A DNA stretch of 64,000 nt from the NCBI GenBank assembly GCA_963734495.1, contig CAVTHK010000010.1:160001-224000 (forward strand), given 5' to 3'. The position numbers and the translations under genes were made by a program. Below, in pieces: positions 41,140 to 51,735 of the stretch; position 1 is the first letter of the stretch, and each line of letters begins with the position of its first letter. The notes beneath the pieces were generated by a model. That model did not search any database. It worked only from the letters and a program-made list of their open reading frames with translations, and had not been told where the DNA came from. This DNA is from an uncultured Spirochaetota bacterium. GTDB lineage: Bacteria; Spirochaetota; Spirochaetia; SZUA-6; CAVTHK01.

Positions 41140-44100
41140 CTACCGCGCGACCCCCTTGGGCGCCGCCGCGGCGCCCGGGGCCTCCTCGGCCACGCGCCTC
41201 GCCTCGCTCGCTTCGCGCGCCTCGACCCGCCTTCGCTCGAACAGGTAGAACGCCGCGGGCACGACAAAGAACGTGAGCACTGCAGAGAACACGATTCCTC
41301 CGAGCATGACGATCCCGAGGCGCTGGCCGAACTCCGCGCCTTCTCCGTGGCCGAAGATCAGCGGGAAGCTGATGACCAGTACCGTCAGAGTCGTCATGAC
41401 GATCGGGCGGAAGCGCAGGCGGGCCGCTTCCTTGAGCGCTTCGGCAAAGGGCATCTTGCCGATGCGCTCCACGACGAAGTCCAGGTACAGGATCGCGTTC
41501 TTCGCCGAGAGCCCGATCAGCATCAGCATGCCCATGACGCCGAAGATGTCGAGCCCGCCGCCCTCGAGAAAGACGAGCCAGAGAGCGCCGACGATCGCGA
41601 GCGGCACCGGCAGCAGCAGGTAGACCGGGTATCGCCAGGAGTTGAACTGCGCCGCCATGACCAGGTACGCCAGGAACAGCGCCAGGAGGAAAGCGGCCGA
41701 TCCCGTGCTCACGAGCTGCGCGGCCAGGGCCGTCTGGCTGAAGCGGCCGCCCGGGCTCAGCGTGACGCCGTTGCCCGTCAGCCCGGCCTTTGCGAGATCC
41801 TCCGAGATCGAGTTCTGAAGCGAAAGCTGGGTCGGGGCGTTTGGGTTCGAGTTCACGGTGAACTCGCCCGAATAGAGGCGGTCATGGCGGCTGATGCTCA
41901 CCGGAGCCTGCGTAAGGACGAAACTGCCCAACTGACCCACCTGCAGGGTCGTCTGCAGCGTCGACGAGTAGATCGGCATGTTCAGCAGCGACTGCCCGCC
42001 GGCGAGGTAGATGGGGTTCACCTGCACCTGGATGGGGTAGCTCAGACCGCCGACGATGACGTTGGAGGCCTGGGTCCCGGCGGCGTAGGTCTGCAGCGAA
42101 TCGGCGACTGTGCCGGGCGAGATGCCGGTTCCCTTGAGCATCGACGTGTCGGGGACGAAATCGTTTTCCAGCGTCGTATCCGAGAGGCTGGAGTTGACGT
42201 CGGAGACGAACGGGTTGTTCTGGATCCGGCTCACCATTGCGGCGTTGCGCGACTGGAGCGTGTTCAGGTCCGCCGCGGTGACGTTCACATCGAGCGACGA
42301 TCCGGCCCCCTGGAAGCCTCCCCCGGCGCTCACCCCGAGCCGGGCCGACGGCTGATCCCGCAGCAGCGTGAGCATGTCCCTCCGATAAACCGGAACCAGT
42401 GCGAAGAGACTCGGCCGCTTGCCGACCGGACCGAGCTGAACGATCAGGTTGGTGAAGCCGCCGACGACGGTCTGCACGGTTTCGACTTCGGGGCGCTGCA
42501 GCAGGTAGGCCTCGATCCTCCCCGCGTCCTCGTTTATGACAGTCGTCGGTGTGCCGGAAGGCAGCCGCAGGAAGACCCGAAGCACACCGGAATCGGTCTG
42601 GGGCACGAAGTTGAAGGGAATCCGCGGCGCGATGAGCACGGCAGACACGGCAAGGAAGACGGCGGAGCCGGCCAGCACCAGCACCCCGTACTTCAGGATC
42701 GAGCCCAGCGAGGCGGTGTACTTGTCCCGCACCCATTCCAGAACCGCTTCGGTCCAGGCATGGAGAGTGGTCGTGATCGCCTCCAGGAACGCGATCAGGA
42801 CCCGCACCGCGTAGAACGCGAGGCCGAGGGCCAGCGGGTACAGCACCAGGCCGGGAAGGAACAGATACCGGCGAGTCACCAGGGCCGCGGCGGCCAGGGC
42901 GACTGCGAGGAATATCCCCCACGCCTTTCGCCAATTCGCGAGCCCCCACCGGACGCTGTCCCCCAGGGTCGCGACGGTCTTGAAGAAGTCGGGCCAGGTG
43001 AGCTCGCGGGACTGCGGAGTGTACGCGAGCCTGACCGTCAGGAACAGCACCGCCTCGAGCAGCGAGAAGGCCACGGCCGCCGCGAGGCCGAGCGAGAACT
43101 GCTGCAGGTAGCGCCCGATGAACCCTCCGATGAAGCTCACGGGCAGCAGCACCGACAGCAGCGACAGGCTGGCGGCGACCACGGCGCTGAAGACCTCGCT
43201 CGCTCCCTTGAGCACCGACTCCTTGAGCCCCATGCCGATGGCCCGGTAGCGTTCGACGTTCTCCGCGACGACGATCGAATCGTCGACGACGATGCCGATC
43301 GCGATGATCATGGCGAGCAGCGAGACCAGGTTGAAGGTGAAGCCGGCGAGCTGGTACAGCACGGGCGCGGCGGACAACGCGATCGGAATGGCGAGGATCA
43401 CGGAGAACGCCGTGTTCACCCTCCCGAGAAACAGCAGCACGATGAGAGCCACGACGGCTCCGGTCAGCAGGAGCTCCCGATAGGTTGCGTTCACGGAAGC
43501 CCGAATCGGCCCCGTCGTGTCGTTGCTGTAAGTGATCGAATACCCGGCGGGGAGCTGGGTGGCGGTCATGAGCTTGCGCACGTTCGACGCCACGGCAACC
43601 GAGTTGGAGTCCGTGGTTCGCTGGATCGAAACCAGGACCACCGGCTTGCTGTTGACACGGGCGTAGGTCGCGGCCGTGGCGGAGTCCCGCACGGTCCCCA
43701 GAAGCCCGACGGTCACTCCTCGCGACGAGTCGACGAGAACCTGGGAGATCTGGCTGAGGCTCGACGGCACGTTCTCGGTGGCGAAGGTCAGGGCGTTCCT
43801 TTTCGTGACGATGGTGCCGATCGGCTGGTTGACGGCCGAGTTCGTGATGGCGGTGACAACCTGCCCCGGGTTCAGGCCGTAGTAGCGCAGCCGCTCCGGA
43901 TTGAGCAGCACCTGGAACTGCCGGGTCGGCGCGCCGTCGGTCTGGATGTTCGCGACGCCGTCGACGCGCTCGAGCACCGGAATCAGCGTGTTCGTGACAT
44001 AGTCGCCCACCTGAGCGAGCGTGGAGCCTTCGCCGGAGATGCCGAACTGAAGGATGGGCTGCGAGTTGGGATCGAACGTCTGCACCGTGGGCGGGTTGAC

Positions 44101-44511
44101 ACCGCTGGGCAGCTTGCGCACGGCGGCGCCCACCAGGGCGGCCACCTGGTTCATGTCGGCATTCTTGTCGGTCCCGGGGTCGAAGCTGATCACGACCCGG
44201 CTGAAGCCTATGGAGCTGGTCGAGTCGATGTCCGTGATGCCGCTGACCGTCGAGACGACATTCTCGATCACCTGGGTGATCTGCTGATCGACAACGCTCG
44301 GGGTGGCGCCGGTGAACACCGTGCTCACGACGACGAACGGAACATTGATCGAGGGAAGAAGGTCGACGCCCAGATTCCCGGCCGAGATCAGGCCAAAGGC
44401 CACGACCGCGAGGAAGATCCCTACCGCGAGGACATAGCGGGTCACGGAGAAACGAACGGCCGGGTTGACCCGCTCGAACACCTTCATCTCGTACTCGCGT
44501 ATCGGCTTCAT
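41140..44511 (-). CDS. RND efflux transporter permease (AcrB/AcrD/AcrF family)
   Basis: IGIVVDDSIVVAEN, LAIPIAL, KNAILYLDF, RFRPIVMTT, LTFFVVPA. Confidence 0.93.
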   Translation of the reverse strand: MKPIREYEMKVFERVNPAVRFSVTRYVLAVGIFLAVVAFGLISAGNLGVDLLPSINVPFVVVSTVFTGATPSVVDQQITQVIENVVSTVSGITDIDSTSSIGFSRVVISFDPGTDKNADMNQVAALVGAAVRKLPSGVNPPTVQTFDPNSQPILQFGISGEGSTLAQVGDYVTNTLIPVLERVDGVANIQTDGAPTRQFQVLLNPERLRYYGLNPGQVVTAITNSAVNQPIGTIVTKRNALTFATENVPSSLSQISQVLVDSSRGVTVGLLGTVRDSATAATYARVNSKPVVLVSIQRTTDSNSVAVASNVRKLMTATQLPAGYSITYSNDTTGPIRASVNATYRELLLTGAVVALIVLLFLGRVNTAFSVILAIPIALSAAPVLYQLAGFTFNLVSLLAMIIAIGIVVDDSIVVAENVERYRAIGMGLKESVLKGASEVFSAVVAASLSLLSVLLPVSFIGGFIGRYLQQFSLGLAAAVAFSLLEAVLFLTVRLAYTPQSRELTWPDFFKTVATLGDSVRWGLANWRKAWGIFLAVALAAAALVTRRYLFLPGLVLYPLALGLAFYAVRVLIAFLEAITTTLHAWTEAVLEWVRDKYTASLGSILKYGVLVLAGSAVFLAVSAVLIAPRIPFNFVPQTDSGVLRVFLRLPSGTPTTVINEDAGRIEAYLLQRPEVETVQTVVGGFTNLIVQLGPVGKRPSLFALVPVYRRDMLTLLRDQPSARLGVSAGGGFQGAGSSLDVNVTAADLNTLQSRNAAMVSRIQNNPFVSDVNSSLSDTTLENDFVPDTSMLKGTGISPGTVADSLQTYAAGTQASNVIVGGLSYPIQVQVNPIYLAGGQSLLNMPIYSSTLQTTLQVGQLGSFVLTQAPVSISRHDRLYSGEFTVNSNPNAPTQLSLQNSISEDLAKAGLTGNGVTLSPGGRFSQTALAAQLVSTGSAAFLLALFLAYLVMAAQFNSWRYPVYLLLPVPLAIVGALWLVFLEGGGLDIFGVMGMLMLIGLSAKNAILYLDFVVERIGKMPFAEALKEAARLRFRPIVMTTLTVLVISFPLIFGHGEGAEFGQRLGIVMLGGIVFSAVLTFFVVPAAFYLFERRRVEAREASEARRVAEEAPGAAAAPKGVAR

Positions 44512-45878
44512 GGCCGACCTCCCTGCCCGGAAGCAGCGCCCGGCGCGGCAGGTCGGGTCCCTCCCGGTGTCCCGCCCCCGCCCGTTGTCCCGCCCGGCGC
44601 CGCGCCGCCGGCTCCGCGCTGCCCGTTGGGCTGGCCCGGCGGCACGGCAGGCTGGCTCCCTACCACGCGAACCGCGGAGCCCTCGAGAAGCCCCGGAGGC
44701 GGGTTGACGATGACCTGGGTGCCCGCCGCGATGCCCGTCACCGCGGCCGTGATCCCTGTCTCGGCGAGGATCGTGATCGGCGCGGCGGTTGCCTTGCCCC
44801 CGACGACGGCAAAGACGAAGTTCTGGTTCTCGTTGGTCTGCAGCGCGGCGACAGGGACGAGAATGCCCTGAGCCAGCGAAAGCTGGTACGAGACCGTGCC
44901 GACGGTGCCAAAGGTCAGGGCGCGGTCGGGAGGCGCGTCAGCCACCATGGGCACCACGCCGTTGATCGGGGCCGATGGAGCCTGGCTGATCCGGACGTTG
45001 TAGCTGCGTGCCTGGTAGGAAAAGGCGACGGTCGTCCCCTTCGGAAGGTTCGGCGCGTCCGGCGGCGGTACGGAGAAGTTGATCTCGCGCTCCGAGCTGA
45101 CAAGCAGGAACGCCGGGGCGTTCTGGCCGACGAACATTCCCGCGGTCACGTTTGCCGCGGCCACCTGTCCCGCAAACGGGGCCTTGATCGACGCGTTCTC
45201 GAGGTTCAGCCGCGCCTGCTGCAGCTGGTTCACCGCGATGTCGACCGCGAGGCGGAGCTGGGCGATGTTCTGGGTCCCGGCCTTGCTGTTCTGGTCGAGC
45301 GCGAACTTCGCCGCCTCGACGTTGGCCTGCGCCTGCTCGAGCTGGCTCTTCGCCGTGTCGACCTGCGAAGCGGTCGCCCCGCCGAGCTTGAGCAACGCCT
45401 GCTGCGAGTCGTAGTTCCTCTGCGCCGCAGCCACCGCCGATTGCGCCGATTGCACCTGCAGCGAGAGCTTCGGGTCCGCTTGACTGGCCGTGTCCTGCCC
45501 GACCGTCAGGTTGATCCGCGCCGTGTCGACCGCCGCCTGCGCGTTCTTGTACGCGAGCTGCAGCTGCGAGTCGTCGAGCAGCACGACAGGCTCCCCGAGC
45601 GCGACCCAGTCGCCGGCCTGGTGAAGCACGCGGGAGACGACCCCGCCGATCTGTGCGGCGACCTGGCTCTGCGTCACGGGAACGATCGCCGCGGCGACGT
45701 CGTGCTGCGCGGTCAGCGTTCCGGCCTCTACGGCCACCGCCTGCACGGCGATGCCCGCGGATCGCGAGCCCTGCCCGCGCCCCTGGCCCGGGGCCGGGTC
45801 GGCAGCCCTGGAGCTGCACGCTCCCAGCGCCAGCACCGCAGCCAGAGCCCCGCCGAACAGCAATCTCCTGTCCGCCAT
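44508..45878 (-). CDS. RND efflux periplasmic adaptor (MFP), lipoprotein
   Basis: AGGAG SD; lipobox LALGAC; lipoyl halves (GDWVALGE.., IKAPFAG), coiled-coil hairpin, G/P-rich tail. Confidence 0.9.
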   Translation of the reverse strand: MADRRLLFGGALAAVLALGACSSRAADPAPGQGRGQGSRSAGIAVQAVAVEAGTLTAQHDVAAAIVPVTQSQVAAQIGGVVSRVLHQAGDWVALGEPVVLLDDSQLQLAYKNAQAAVDTARINLTVGQDTASQADPKLSLQVQSAQSAVAAAQRNYDSQQALLKLGGATASQVDTAKSQLEQAQANVEAAKFALDQNSKAGTQNIAQLRLAVDIAVNQLQQARLNLENASIKAPFAGQVAAANVTAGMFVGQNAPAFLLVSSEREINFSVPPPDAPNLPKGTTVAFSYQARSYNVRISQAPSAPINGVVPMVADAPPDRALTFGTVGTVSYQLSLAQGILVPVAALQTNENQNFVFAVVGGKATAAPITILAETGITAAVTGIAAGTQVIVNPPPGLLEGSAVRVVGSQPAVPPGQPNGQRGAGGAAPGGTTGGGGTPGGTRPAAPGAASGQGGRP

Positions 45879-45895
45879 TCTATTTCTCCTGGTAC

Positions 45896-47284
45896 CTAGT
45901 ACCCCATCACTGTCTGTAATTGCAGCACCGCCAGCTCCAGGTCGCTCTGCGCCTTCGCGGCGGCAGTCCGGCCGTTGGCGGCGTTTACCGATGCGTCGAG
46001 CAGGTCCTGGTTCGTTTTGGTTCCGAACTGGACTTCGGTCTTCGTCACCTCGAACTGCGCTTCGAGGTTCTGAGCCGAGAGCCTCGCGACGGCGAGCCGG
46101 TCGGTCAGGATCTGCATCGACTCGTAAGCGTTCTGGATGTCCGCGGCGATCGTCCTGCGCTCCTGGCTGTCCTGGGCCGCGTAGACCGCCTGCTGCTGCG
46201 CGATCTTCTCTCCCTGGTGCTTCGCGCTGCCGGAGTCGAGCACCGGCATGCCCACCGTGACCGCGGCCGACACGATGCCTCCCGTCGTCGCTGGCGAGCT
46301 CCAGTCGGTGCCCCAGCTCACCCCTCCGATCACGCTGACAGTGGGCGTCTTCAGGCCGCGGACCAGCTTGAGATCGATGTCCGAGGACCTGCGGTTGATC
46401 TCGATCTGTTTGAGCTCCGGGCGCCGGGAGAGGCCGTCGGCGATCGCCGCCTGCAGCGTCACGGCGGGGATCGCCGGCTCGCCGGTCTCCGCGACGGTGT
46501 ATTCGCGGCCTGCCGGCCAGCCCGCCAGATTGGAGAGCCTGATCCTCGCGATCCGCAGATCGTGCTCCCCGCTGCGGACGTCGATGGCCGCGCTCTGCGC
46601 GTTGATCTGCGCGGTGGCGAGGTCCACCGCGCTGGCCTGCTGGAGCTTGCTCATCGCCGTCAGCTGCTCCAGCAGGGCGTTCTGCCGGGTGAGGTTGTCC
46701 TGCAGGACGGCAAGCGCCCTTTGCGCGTTGAGCAGGGTGAAGTAGGCCTGCGTGACGTTGTGGACCACGTTCAGGCGCCCCGACGACGCGTTGAGCTGCG
46801 CCCCTTCCAGGTTGAGCGCGCTCTTCTGCACGGTGGCACGCGTCGGCCCGCCGGGATACCCGTTCCACAGCGTGCTGCTCGCGACCAGCCCGAAGCCCCC
46901 TTCGGCCGGGGTCGTGCTGGTGGACGGAACGTACGGGTACCCGGTCAGGTTGACCGAGGTGAGCGGTGTGGAGACGCCGATCCCGGCCTGAGGACCCGCC
47001 ACAGAGCTCAGCGTGTTTCCGAGCGCCTTGTCCGAAGCCGACACGGGCGTGGAGATGTCATGGCTCGCGCCGTATCCGGCCGACACGCTCAGCGTGGCCG
47101 AGTCCTTTGCCGCATCCACGGCGTACTGCGCGCGCGCAGCCTCGAGCGTCCCTTGCAGGATCCGCATGTCGTCGCCGCCGGCGAGGGCCGCCTGGATCGC
47201 CCCGTCGAGCGTGACCGCGTCGCTCTGTCCCCACGCGAAAAGAGACAGAACCAGCAAACCCGCCGCACACACCATCAATCTCAT
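45896..47284 (-). CDS. TolC-family outer-membrane efflux protein
   Basis: Signal peptide; VTQAYFTLL, RPEL, G.KTNQDLLDA repeats of the OEP family; first gene of the tolC-MFP-RND operon. Confidence 0.88.
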   Translation of the reverse strand: MRLMVCAAGLLVLSLFAWGQSDAVTLDGAIQAALAGGDDMRILQGTLEAARAQYAVDAAKDSATLSVSAGYGASHDISTPVSASDKALGNTLSSVAGPQAGIGVSTPLTSVNLTGYPYVPSTSTTPAEGGFGLVASSTLWNGYPGGPTRATVQKSALNLEGAQLNASSGRLNVVHNVTQAYFTLLNAQRALAVLQDNLTRQNALLEQLTAMSKLQQASAVDLATAQINAQSAAIDVRSGEHDLRIARIRLSNLAGWPAGREYTVAETGEPAIPAVTLQAAIADGLSRRPELKQIEINRRSSDIDLKLVRGLKTPTVSVIGGVSWGTDWSSPATTGGIVSAAVTVGMPVLDSGSAKHQGEKIAQQQAVYAAQDSQERRTIAADIQNAYESMQILTDRLAVARLSAQNLEAQFEVTKTEVQFGTKTNQDLLDASVNAANGRTAAAKAQSDLELAVLQLQTVMGY

Positions 47285-47341
47285 CGCCGTAATTTACTCA
47301 CGCGCCATCGGGCGTCGGCAACGGTCGAGGGCCTCGTTTTC

Positions 47342-47357
47342 CTTAAGAACTTCTTAA
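47342..47357 (-). promoter_or_regulatory. Putative regulator box upstream of tolC
   Basis: TTAAG-N6-TTAAG direct repeat (11-bp period) on the minus strand, also palindromic TTAAGA-N3-TCTTAA, in an AT-rich patch. Confidence 0.45.
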
Positions 47358-47422
47358 TTACACGCCTGCAACGAACGGCGAGCCTGCCGCGGGCTTTGCG
47401 CCCTGCGACCCCTTGAATATCT

Positions 47423-47451
47423 TTCGGTTGTCGAATGGTTCGACGAGCGAA
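47423..47451. promoter_or_regulatory. Tandem palindromic MarR-type operator candidates
   Basis: TTCG-N5-CGAA at 47423-47435 and 47439-47451, directly upstream of the MarR gene. Confidence 0.55.
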
Positions 47452-47470
47452 CGAAGTGAGGTGCACGCCG

Positions 47471-48046
47471 ATGACGACAACCGAAGCCGCGCGCGAGCTG
47501 GACGGGCTCGTCCGCGCCCTGCATCGCAGCCTCATCGCCCGCACCCGGAAGCGGCTCGGAGCGCCGGCGCTCTCGGCGGCTCGCGCGCAGCTCCTCTGGG
47601 TCGTGCACCGCCTGCAGCCCGTCACGATCGGAGCGCTCTCCCGGCACCTCTACCAGAGCAAGAGCACCGTGAGCGCGGCTGCCGACACCATGGTGCGCGC
47701 CGGACTGCTGCGGCGGTCCCGGCCGGCGGACGACCGCCGCGTCGTCATGCTCCGTCTCAGCGGCCGGGGCGAAGAGGCGATCCGCGCGGCCCTCGCCGCG
47801 CGGCAGCGGCTGCTCGCGCAGGCGCTGCGGCAGGCCCGCGGAACGCCCGCCGCTCGCCTGGTGACGATGCTGTCCGAGGTCCTCCGCGCCCTCGAGGCGA
47901 CCGAGGCCCGGGCCGAGGCTCGTGCCGAGGCCGGGACCAACGGCCGCCCACCGGCCGCAAGCAGCGCGCGGAGGGCCCCTCAGGGCGCGCAGACGCGCCC
48001 GACGAGGACGCAGCGCGGGCGCCGGCCCACGGCGCGACGGGTATGA
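47471..48046 (+). CDS. MarR-family transcriptional regulator
   Basis: GAGGTG SD; LS...QLL, SKSTVS..ADTMVRAGLL.R, DDRRVVMLRLS.RG; low-complexity tail; ATGA overlap with the next gene. Confidence 0.85.
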   Translation: MTTTEAARELDGLVRALHRSLIARTRKRLGAPALSAARAQLLWVVHRLQPVTIGALSRHLYQSKSTVSAAADTMVRAGLLRRSRPADDRRVVMLRLSGRGEEAIRAALAARQRLLAQALRQARGTPAARLVTMLSEVLRALEATEARAEARAEAGTNGRPPAASSARRAPQGAQTRPTRTQRGRRPTARRV

Positions 48047-49794
48047 CGTCGATCCTGGGGCTCTTCCGCTTTCTGCGGGGCCACGAGAAGGCGCTCGCCC
48101 TCTCCGTGGCTCTGCTCATGGGCTCGGTCCTCGGGGACGTGTTCCAGCCGCGGCTGATCCAGGTAGCGATCGATTCGGGCGTCCAGCAGCGGCAGGTGCA
48201 TGTCCTGTACGCCACTGCCGGCGTCATGCTCCTGCTGGCGGTGGTCAGCGCCGCGGCGAACACCGCCAGCGGCCGCCTGCTGATCGGAGCGGGCCAGCGG
48301 ATGGCCTACGGCCTCCGCCGCAACCTGTACCGCAAAGTGATGTCCCTCTCGTTCGCCGACCTGGATGCCTGGCGAACGGGCGAGCTGATGGTCCGGTTGA
48401 ACTCCGACGTCAACACGATGCGCATGTTCGTCCGCCAGGGGGTCATGACGATCTCCCGTTCGGTGGTGATGATCATCGGCAGCCTCTCCGTCATGTTCCT
48501 CACGGACGCGAGACTGGCCACCGTCATGGCGATCATCATGCCCACGACCGTGCTCGTCTTCTTCTTCATCGCCACCCGGATACGGCCGCTGTTCCTGAGA
48601 GTGCGGGAGAACCTGGACCAGATGAACAACGCCCTCCAGGAGAACCTGGCGGGTGCCAAGCTGGTGCGCGCGTTCAACCGCGAGGATTTCGAGGTGGGCA
48701 GGTTCGACGACAAGAACCGCGGCTATACTCAGGTCGCCCTCCGGGTCGGGTACACCATGGCCATGGTGTTTCCTTTCCTCACCTTCGTCGGCCAGGTGGC
48801 CCTGGTGGCGACGCTGTGGTTCGGCGGCACCGAAGTGATCCGCACGATCACGGAGCACCTCGCGAAAGGGCTCACGCTCGGCCAGCTGGTGGCGTTCAAC
48901 AACTACGCCCTTCTGGCGATGTTCCCCATCTCGACCCTGGGTTTCGTGCTCAACTTCGTGTCGGCGGCTTCGGCATCGGCGCAACGGATCGAGCAGCTGC
49001 TCGCGACGCAACCCGCGGTCCGCGAGAGCCCGGCCGCGCGGCTGCTGCCGCACCTTGCGGGCCGGATCGAGTTCCGCAAGGTCTTCTTGAAGTACGGGGA
49101 CGCCGACAACGCCCTTTCGGAAGTCGACCTGAGGGTGGAGCCAGGGCAGCACGTCGGCATCATCGGCCCTACCGGATCGGGCAAGTCCTCGCTCGCCGCG
49201 CTCATCCCGCGCTTCTACGACCCCCAGGAGGGCGCAGTCCTGCTCGACGGCATCGACGTCCGGGAGCTCGCGCTCGAAACGCTCCGCACGCGCGTGTCCA
49301 TGGTGCTCCAGGAGACCGTTCTGTTCTCGCGGACCATCAGGGAGAACGTCTCCTTTGGCCGGCAGGAAGCGACACAGGCCGAGATCGAGCGGGCGTGCGA
49401 CCTGGCCTGCGCTCGCGAGTTCATCGCCGACGACGACGCCGGGTGGGACCGGCACGTGGGCGAGCGCGGCGCCGGGCTGTCGGGCGGCCAGAGGCAGCGC
49501 ATCGCGATCGCCCGCGCGCTGCTGGCCGAGCCCGACATCCTGATCCTGGACGACGCGACCAGCTCGGTCGACGCCCAGACCGAAAGGCGCCTGATCGCGA
49601 ACATCCGCCAGGCGCGGGCGGGCAGGACGACGATCGTGATCAGCCAGAAGATCGCCGCGGTGAGGGACGCGGATCGAATCTTCGTGCTCGACGGCGGAAG
49701 GATCGCGGCCGCGGGCACGCACGACGAGCTGCGGCGGCAGAACGCGACGTACGCGGCGATACTGGAGAGCCAGTCCGCCCAGCTGCAGGACTGA
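48043..49794 (+). CDS. ABC exporter, fused permease/ATPase (heterodimer subunit 1, degenerate Walker B)
   Basis: TM domain; GPTGSGKS, LSGGQRQR, ILILDDATSSVD. Confidence 0.92.
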   Translation: MTSILGLFRFLRGHEKALALSVALLMGSVLGDVFQPRLIQVAIDSGVQQRQVHVLYATAGVMLLLAVVSAAANTASGRLLIGAGQRMAYGLRRNLYRKVMSLSFADLDAWRTGELMVRLNSDVNTMRMFVRQGVMTISRSVVMIIGSLSVMFLTDARLATVMAIIMPTTVLVFFFIATRIRPLFLRVRENLDQMNNALQENLAGAKLVRAFNREDFEVGRFDDKNRGYTQVALRVGYTMAMVFPFLTFVGQVALVATLWFGGTEVIRTITEHLAKGLTLGQLVAFNNYALLAMFPISTLGFVLNFVSAASASAQRIEQLLATQPAVRESPAARLLPHLAGRIEFRKVFLKYGDADNALSEVDLRVEPGQHVGIIGPTGSGKSSLAALIPRFYDPQEGAVLLDGIDVRELALETLRTRVSMVLQETVLFSRTIRENVSFGRQEATQAEIERACDLACAREFIADDDAGWDRHVGERGAGLSGGQRQRIAIARALLAEPDILILDDATSSVDAQTERRLIANIRQARAGRTTIVISQKIAAVRDADRIFVLDGGRIAAAGTHDELRRQNATYAAILESQSAQLQD

Positions 49795-49804
49795 GGAGAA
49801 CGCC

Positions 49805-51700
49805 ATGGCCGATGCCACGACCAGCACGACTGACCCGTCGCAGACGGGGCTCGCGCGCAGGGCAGTTCAGGATTCCCCGCCCCCCATGGGTCCGCGGATG
49901 CGCCGCGGCCCCGGCTCCGTGATCATCGAAACGGCCAGGGACCCCGGCCGCGCCTTCCGGCGCCTGGTCGTCTACCTGGGCCCCGAGGCTCCCCTGCTGC
50001 TGGTCGCCATGAGCTTCGTGCTGTTGTCCGTCGCCTCCCGCTCGATTTCGCCGGCGCTGGTGGGGACGGCGATCAGGAACTCGCTCGAGCTGCAGCAGGA
50101 CCTTCCGGGCTTTCTGCGCCGGCTCGCGGTGATCTTCGGCCTGGCGGTCGGCGGGTGGGCCGGCGATGCCGTCTCCGGCATCATGGTCAACAGGATCGCC
50201 AACGACCTGGTCTTTCGATTGCGCCAGGAGAGCTTCGCTCACATCCAGCGGCTGTCGATGTCCTATTTCGATCGCGCGGGCATAGGCGACCTGGTCTCGC
50301 GCCTGACCAACGATGTCGAAACGATCTCGAGCGCGCTGACAAGCGGCTTTTCCAACCTGGCGGGCGGGGTGCTGTCCGTCATCGGCGTGCTCATCGCCAT
50401 GCTGAGCTTGAGCCTGCCGCTGACCGTGGTCGTCATCGTGATCGTCCCCCTGATGCTCGCGGCCACGGGGATCGTGGGCCGACGCGTGCGCGTGGTCTTC
50501 AGGGAGAACCAGCGCTTCGTCGGCCTGCTCAGCGCGGGAATCGAGGAATCGGTCAGCGGCGTGCGCGCCATCAAGGCGTTCCACCGCGAGGAAGCGGAAT
50601 TTCGATCGTTCGATGCCGTCAACGTGAAAGCCACGGACGTCGGGACGAAGGCCGAGTTCACAGCCTACCTCCTCAGCCCAATCCTCAACTTCGTGACGTC
50701 GCTGAGCGTGGCTCTGATGGTCGCCATCGGGGGTACTCTCGTCCTGTCACACAGCCATGCCTTCTCCATCGGCCTGCTCACCTCGTTCCTGCTGTACGCG
50801 CGGCGCTTCTTCCAGCCCCTGCGCCAGATGACGGACGTGTACAACGTGCTGCAGTCGGCGCTGGCCGGCGCAGAAAGGCTCTTTGAGGTGCTGGATACGG
50901 AGTCTGAGACCAGGCCGCGCGCCGGCGCCCGCCGGATTCACATCCGCGGGGACATCGAGTTCGAGGACGTCCGCTTCGGCTACGACCCGGGGCGCCCCGT
51001 CCTGGACGGCATCAGCTTCCGCGTCGAGGCCGGGCGCACCGTGGCCATCGTCGGCCACACGGGGGCCGGCAAGACGACCATAGTCAACCTGCTCGCCCGC
51101 CACTACGACGTCGATTCCGGACGGATCCTCGTCGACGGCACGGACATCCGCGATCACGACGCCGCGTCGCTCCGCTCGCAGATGGGCGTCGTCCTGCAGG
51201 AACCGTTCTTCTTTGCCCGGACGGTTCGCGAGAACCTCCTCTACGGCAATCCGGCGGCGAGCGAACGGCAGATGATCGACGCGGCGGTGCTGGCCAACGC
51301 CGACCAGTTCGTGCGCAGGCTTCCCGGCCAGTACGACTTCGCCCTGATCGAGCGCGGCGAGAATATCTCGCAGGGACAGCGGCAGCTCCTCGCGATCGCC
51401 AGGGCGATCCTGGCGGACCCGAGGATCCTCATCCTCGACGAAGCGACCTCGAATGTGGACAGCCTCACGGAGATCCAGATCCAGCAGGGCCTGCTCCGCC
51501 TGATGCAGGGAAGGACGAGCGTGATCATCGCGCACCGGCTTTCGACCATCAAGAACGCGGACAAGGTCCTGGTGATTCACGATCACAGAATCGTGGAAGA
51601 AGGCTCTCACCCCCAGCTCATGCAGGCCGGCGGGTTCTATTCGCGGCTGTACAGCCTGCAGATCGCGAACGCGAACGCGACGGAGGTCATGCCGAACTGA
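49805..51700 (+). CDS. ABC exporter, fused permease/ATPase (heterodimer subunit 2)
   Basis: GHTGAGKT, ISQGQRQ, ILILDEATSNVD, IAHRLST. Confidence 0.92.
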   Translation: MADATTSTTDPSQTGLARRAVQDSPPPMGPRMRRGPGSVIIETARDPGRAFRRLVVYLGPEAPLLLVAMSFVLLSVASRSISPALVGTAIRNSLELQQDLPGFLRRLAVIFGLAVGGWAGDAVSGIMVNRIANDLVFRLRQESFAHIQRLSMSYFDRAGIGDLVSRLTNDVETISSALTSGFSNLAGGVLSVIGVLIAMLSLSLPLTVVVIVIVPLMLAATGIVGRRVRVVFRENQRFVGLLSAGIEESVSGVRAIKAFHREEAEFRSFDAVNVKATDVGTKAEFTAYLLSPILNFVTSLSVALMVAIGGTLVLSHSHAFSIGLLTSFLLYARRFFQPLRQMTDVYNVLQSALAGAERLFEVLDTESETRPRAGARRIHIRGDIEFEDVRFGYDPGRPVLDGISFRVEAGRTVAIVGHTGAGKTTIVNLLARHYDVDSGRILVDGTDIRDHDAASLRSQMGVVLQEPFFFARTVRENLLYGNPAASERQMIDAAVLANADQFVRRLPGQYDFALIERGENISQGQRQLLAIARAILADPRILILDEATSNVDSLTEIQIQQGLLRLMQGRTSVIIAHRLSTIKNADKVLVIHDHRIVEEGSHPQLMQAGGFYSRLYSLQIANANATEVMPN

Positions 51701-51735
51701 GGCCGCCCAGAAGTGAACCGCGGGGCGCCGGACCG

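Noticed and set aside
31744-44871. Very long alternative-frame or antisense ORFs (e.g. 31744-34911 minus, 39901-44871 plus)
   Set aside because: Shadow ORFs of high-GC genes, with Arg/Ala/Pro/Gly-rich translations and no motifs.
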